A stretch of DNA of 64,000 nucleotides, taken from contig QPGO01000007.1 in NCBI GenBank assembly GCA_008632985.1, forward strand, positions 744,001-808,000. The letters are read 5' to 3'. Shown in pieces: positions 60,003-64,000 of this stretch. The notes beneath the pieces were generated by a model. It had not been told where the DNA came from, searched no databases, and worked only from the letters and a program-made list of their open reading frames with translations. The stretch is from Psammoneis japonica (lineage: Eukaryota). Position 1 is the stretch's first letter. Each line of letters starts with the position of its first letter. The position numbers and the translations under genes are program-made.

Positions 60003-63000
60003 TCAGTCACTCTGGCATGACAAGGGAACCCTGATGACCTGCAACAACCCCCATGGGCAAAGGGAACCAGATGTGACAGACAACCAGTCTTTGCTGATGT
60101 CATGGAGGATCATCCCCACAAGTCCATCTCGCTTCATGCCACCACACATGATCTTGGTTGCAAGATCTGCTGGATTGCATTCCAAATGAATGTGTCCAGC
60201 AAGTGACTCACCAACTGCCATGGACTCCCTCACGGCATGGTGGCAAATGGAGTTTGACTTCTTCTTTAAAGCAGACTCTGGACTTTGCGCATTGTGGACA
60301 ACTGACTTGTTGTCCCCACAGATGTGGGATGGACCAGCCAGTGGTGCACCCATCATCCTTGACTTGTGTTGCAAGCCACACAATGGCTCCATGCCTTGCT
60401 TCATGGCTGTGAACTCAGCTCCAAAATCCAAGGGTTCAATCGTGCTTTGGCGCTTGGAAAACCACACCATCAAGGCCACATTCATGTGGATGAAGAAGCT
60501 GGTGTGTGAGCGCCTCGTCAACTTGTCATTTGCATGATCCAAGTCAACAAACAAGCACAGATCAACCTCCAAGCCCAGAGGTTCTGGTGCATTGGGTGGG
60601 ATTGCTTCATGCACATTCCCATGGTTTGTCCAGACGCACCTCTGCATTCTTGATGGCCTGCTGGACACACTTGCTGGAGCTCATTGCAGTGTGCATGCAG
60701 ACAAAAGGTTGTTTTTGTCACGCCCTTTGTGACATTTAAAGGCTGCAACATGTCGCCGTGATGCATCAACTCTTGTTGGCAGCTGCGCACTGCACTCCTC
60801 CCCATGTGTCACGCGTCCATGCGGCTCTTTACTGACGTGCACTGACACTGCACGGTTTTCGTGGAACAGTGTGGGTACGTGCGAAGGAACATGCAGAACT
60901 GCACAGAGTTTTACGCGTTCGACAGTGATCAACGTTGCTGCGGACAACTCCCACTCAGGGTTTTGAACCCCTGGCCTCCTGCCCAATGGTTGCGATGAAC
61001 CACTCCGCTGTGAATTCACGGTGCAGTGTGCATGCAGACAAAAGGTTGTTTTTGTCACGCCCTTTGTGACATTTAAAGGCTGCAACACGTCGCCGTGATG
61101 CATTGACTCTCATTGGTGGCTGTGTGTTGCATCATGCCCCATGCACAGATGCCATTTGGCATTTGCACCTCTCAGATCTTGGCACCCAGACACATCTCAG
61201 GGTTGCTGATTGAACCAGGCTTCATCTCGAAGCAATGATCCAACTCCTTGAGTGCACTCATGGCATTGTGGTGTGCCATCAGCACATCATCCAGATGCAG
61301 CAGTGCATGTGTGCAGTGCCGAAGCCCATCCTTGGGTTGGACCACTTCCTTGAGCCATGCATCAAGATTGGCCAGGCAAGGCTTCCACCCAAGATGGTGC
61401 ATGCAGGAGGCCAAGTGACTCCTGAAGGCCGCACCTGTGCTCTGCAAACCACAAAGCACATGCTTGACTGTCGCACACCTCCCTGCATTGTGTCTGAACT
61501 TTGGACACAGAGTCGCAGTGATCTTCTCACTGTCAGGTGCAGCAACACAAGCATTTTCAATGTCAGCTGCTTTGACCTCTGAGTCATTTGGAGCAGCTGG
61601 AGTCAAGGCAATCCTCACACTCTCACGTGACATGATGCTTGCATGCCTCAAGGTGGCAGGAGCATCAGCAGCATGTCCGCCAGCCACACAGCGTGCCTTG
61701 TGCTTGAAGTCTTGCAGCTTCATGTTGAACACCAAGTGACATTTGATGTGCTTGCATCCTGTCAGTTCCTTGTTGTCATCAATGATCTCAAACGCCTTGT
61801 TGACTGTGCCCATTTCCTTGTCTGCAGCATCTTGCCACAGGTGATTTCCATTTGCCTGGTCAATCTTGACTGCCTCATTGTACATCTTGGGAGTGCACAT
61901 CCCGCACTTGTGCATCCGTTTGTGATGCCACTTGTTTGCTGCAGCACTGATCTGCTGCTGTTTCTTAAAGGCACATGGAGCCCACCATGCAAAGGCTGGT
62001 CCATCCTTGATTGGCTCTGGCACACTCAGCCAACTTGGCCGGGTTGGATTCCTTCAAGTCTGCAAGGTGTTCCCAAGTCAAGGTTCCATCCTTCCAACAA
62101 ACACAAAGGTGCCATCCTTTGGTCATCTTGCACATGATTTGGTGTCCTCTGCTGTCCTGCAGGAAAGTGCCATCCTTCTGGACTGCATGCCCATCAGTCT
62201 TGTGATCAACAATGGTGTCCAGAAGCAAGTGCTGGTTGCTTTTGTTGTCACATTGTGCCAACATGTTCTCGGCCATGACGTTGGCCACAAACTCCACTTT
62301 CTGACCATCAGGAAATCAATCTCATGCACACAAGTGTCCAGAATGAAATTGGCACTGGCTCTGCCCATTGGTGTTCCATCTCAATCAAGCTTGCACTGTT
62401 TGACTGTCCCAGTTTGTTGGGTGTCCCTGTGAGGCAACAATGCTTCTGAGTTTGCACAAACATCAAAAGCAGCATCAGGGATGTTGTCCTTGTTGGGTGC
62501 ACTCACGGGAGCATCCTGGTCTTCATCATCCTTGCATGGATCAAAAGTGGGGGTCACAGCATCAGGGTCATCAATGTCTCCAACCATCATGCCCAGACCT
62601 GGCTTGGCCTCCATCAGCTCATCAAATTTCTTGTGCAATGCCAAGTGCATCTCGGGTGCTGTTCCTCAGGGTTCAAGGGTCAACAGGATGAATGGTGGAC
62701 AACTTGTCCATTGTCTTTTAGCATCTTGGCCATCACAGTGGGACCTGTGTCTCAACTTGGACCAAGGCAACACCCTGGGACTTCCTTGTCCTTGGGGAAT
62801 GAGACGGCTGTGTCCCCAAACATGACCCAGTCATGCCAGCCAAACTTGCACATGTGCGAAATGTCAGCTGTCTGTCCAGACACTGTGGTTTGTGGAACCT
62901 CCCCATCTAACTTGCAAATGTTGTGGACAGCATTGGATCAGATGAGAGCTTCAAGCTCAAGACAATCGTCCCAAAGGCATTTTGGGGCTTGAGTCTTCAC

Positions 63001-64000
63001 CAATTTGCATCCGACACCTTGCTTGAATTCATGAATGGTGCCTGCAGCAAAGTTGGACCATGGAGCACAGGGTTCAGTCTGCTTGACATGGCAGTCAGCC
63101 TCCCTGGCCTTCTTGCTGAACTGACCCAGTGTCTGCTCTTTTCCCCCATCCATGATCATTGTGTGGGGTGTGCCGTCTTGCATGAAGAGCAAGAACAGTG
63201 CTTCATGCGCCAATCCTTTAGATCTCAGAGGACAAGCCCATGCCCAACTGTTGGACATGCCAAAGACTTGTGCACAGGCATTGTCCCTTCTTGATTAAGT
63301 CAATGAGATTAAGGTGTTGGAGTGCATCTCCTTTGCAATGCACCTGTGTTGCAACTGTCAGTCATTGGTCCAAAATCTCTGTGACAGCATTGGATGAAGA
63401 GCCGTTTGTGCGCCACACTGCATCATGACTTTGACAGTGTTCTCAGCATCCTTGACACTGACAGACCAATTCTTGGCCAATTGTTCTGCATCAATGTGCA
63501 GTCCCCACTTCGTCATCTTGAGCAAAGAGAGACCAATGGAGGCTTGCAGCATGTGGTCATCGCATGTGTGTGAAATGTCTTGAAGCGGCTGATTCCCCAG
63601 GTGGTCTGAGGTCTCTTGAGCTGTGGTGCATGAGAGCTTTGTGCTCATGATGTGAATCTGAGGACATGCATTGTCCCCGGTCTCAGGCACATGACCAAGA
63701 GAGTCCGTCATGGAATCCTCTCTGGTTTGAAAGTTGGCAGTTTGTGGGTCCCATTCCGGGGACTCGCAAGAAAGTTCTGCTGCTGTGCCATCTTGCATGG
63801 CTGCTTCATGCTCCACAACAGCAGGTTTGGAAGTGGGAAAGCAACTCATGATGCCATTTAATTCCAACGGAATCAGGAGCTTGTCCCCATTTGCATCTGT
63901 CAATGTCGCCGCATGTGACTTGCTGTCAGGCTTTGTCAGTGGGAAATCGGTTGTGGGTTAACTCCCACGTCATTCAGCCATAACTGCACAGGACACAAAA
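60003..64000 (-). mobile_element. Degenerate Ty1/Copia element of a second family, running off the window and interrupted at about 60680-61170
   Basis: Integrase QTEPCAPWSNFA; RT KCHLVFNMK...KARCVAGGH, ADIENAC, LCGL, LHLDD; RNase H WFSKRQSTIE...GAEF, GDNKSV, NPADLATK. Confidence 0.88.
60684..61140 (+). repeat. About 120-bp direct repeat (60684-60803 and 61022-61140) in the insertion interrupting the Copia
   Basis: gcagtgtgcatgcagacaaaaggttgtttttgtcacgccctttgtgacatttaaaggctgcaaca occurs twice. Confidence 0.85.

Noticed and set aside
17600..64000. Numerous overlapping Cys/His/Gln-rich ORFs in the TE blocks resembling zinc-finger or metal-binding proteins
   Set aside because: A by-product of TpA/CpG loss: TAA and TAG stops are scarce and TGY/CAY/CAR codons are inflated in all six frames.

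Overview
Eukaryotic nuclear DNA, most likely from a diatom: short GT-AG introns, bipartite 'ASAFAP'-type plastid presequences and diatom-type Copia elements. Bases 1-17 kb are gene-dense: a B-type cyclin, plastid FNR, a histidine phosphatase, atpC, a small plastid 2Fe-2S protein, uroporphyrinogen-III methyltransferase, an ankyrin protein and a START-like protein. The rest alternates between transposon blocks (about 17.5-27.9, 29.9-31.3, 34.5-52.6 and 59.6-64 kb) and gene islands. The islands hold a HET-domain gene, a second FNR fused to a small-multidrug-export-type membrane domain, a periplasmic-binding-protein/Cys-loop-channel fusion and an HD-domain protein. The main finding is a sharply bounded, transposon-restricted hypermutation that converts TpA to TpG or CpA (A>G on either strand). 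Nearly all conserved Tyr codons of three retroelement families have become Cys or His. Two copies of the same RT-RNase H segment resolved six ancestral Tyr codons in opposite directions. Surviving TpA is mostly in YTAR context. Neighbouring genes, including a near-identical duplicated FNR, are spared. This looks like an 'inverse RIP' genome-defence process. All compositional statements are by eye and were not computed.
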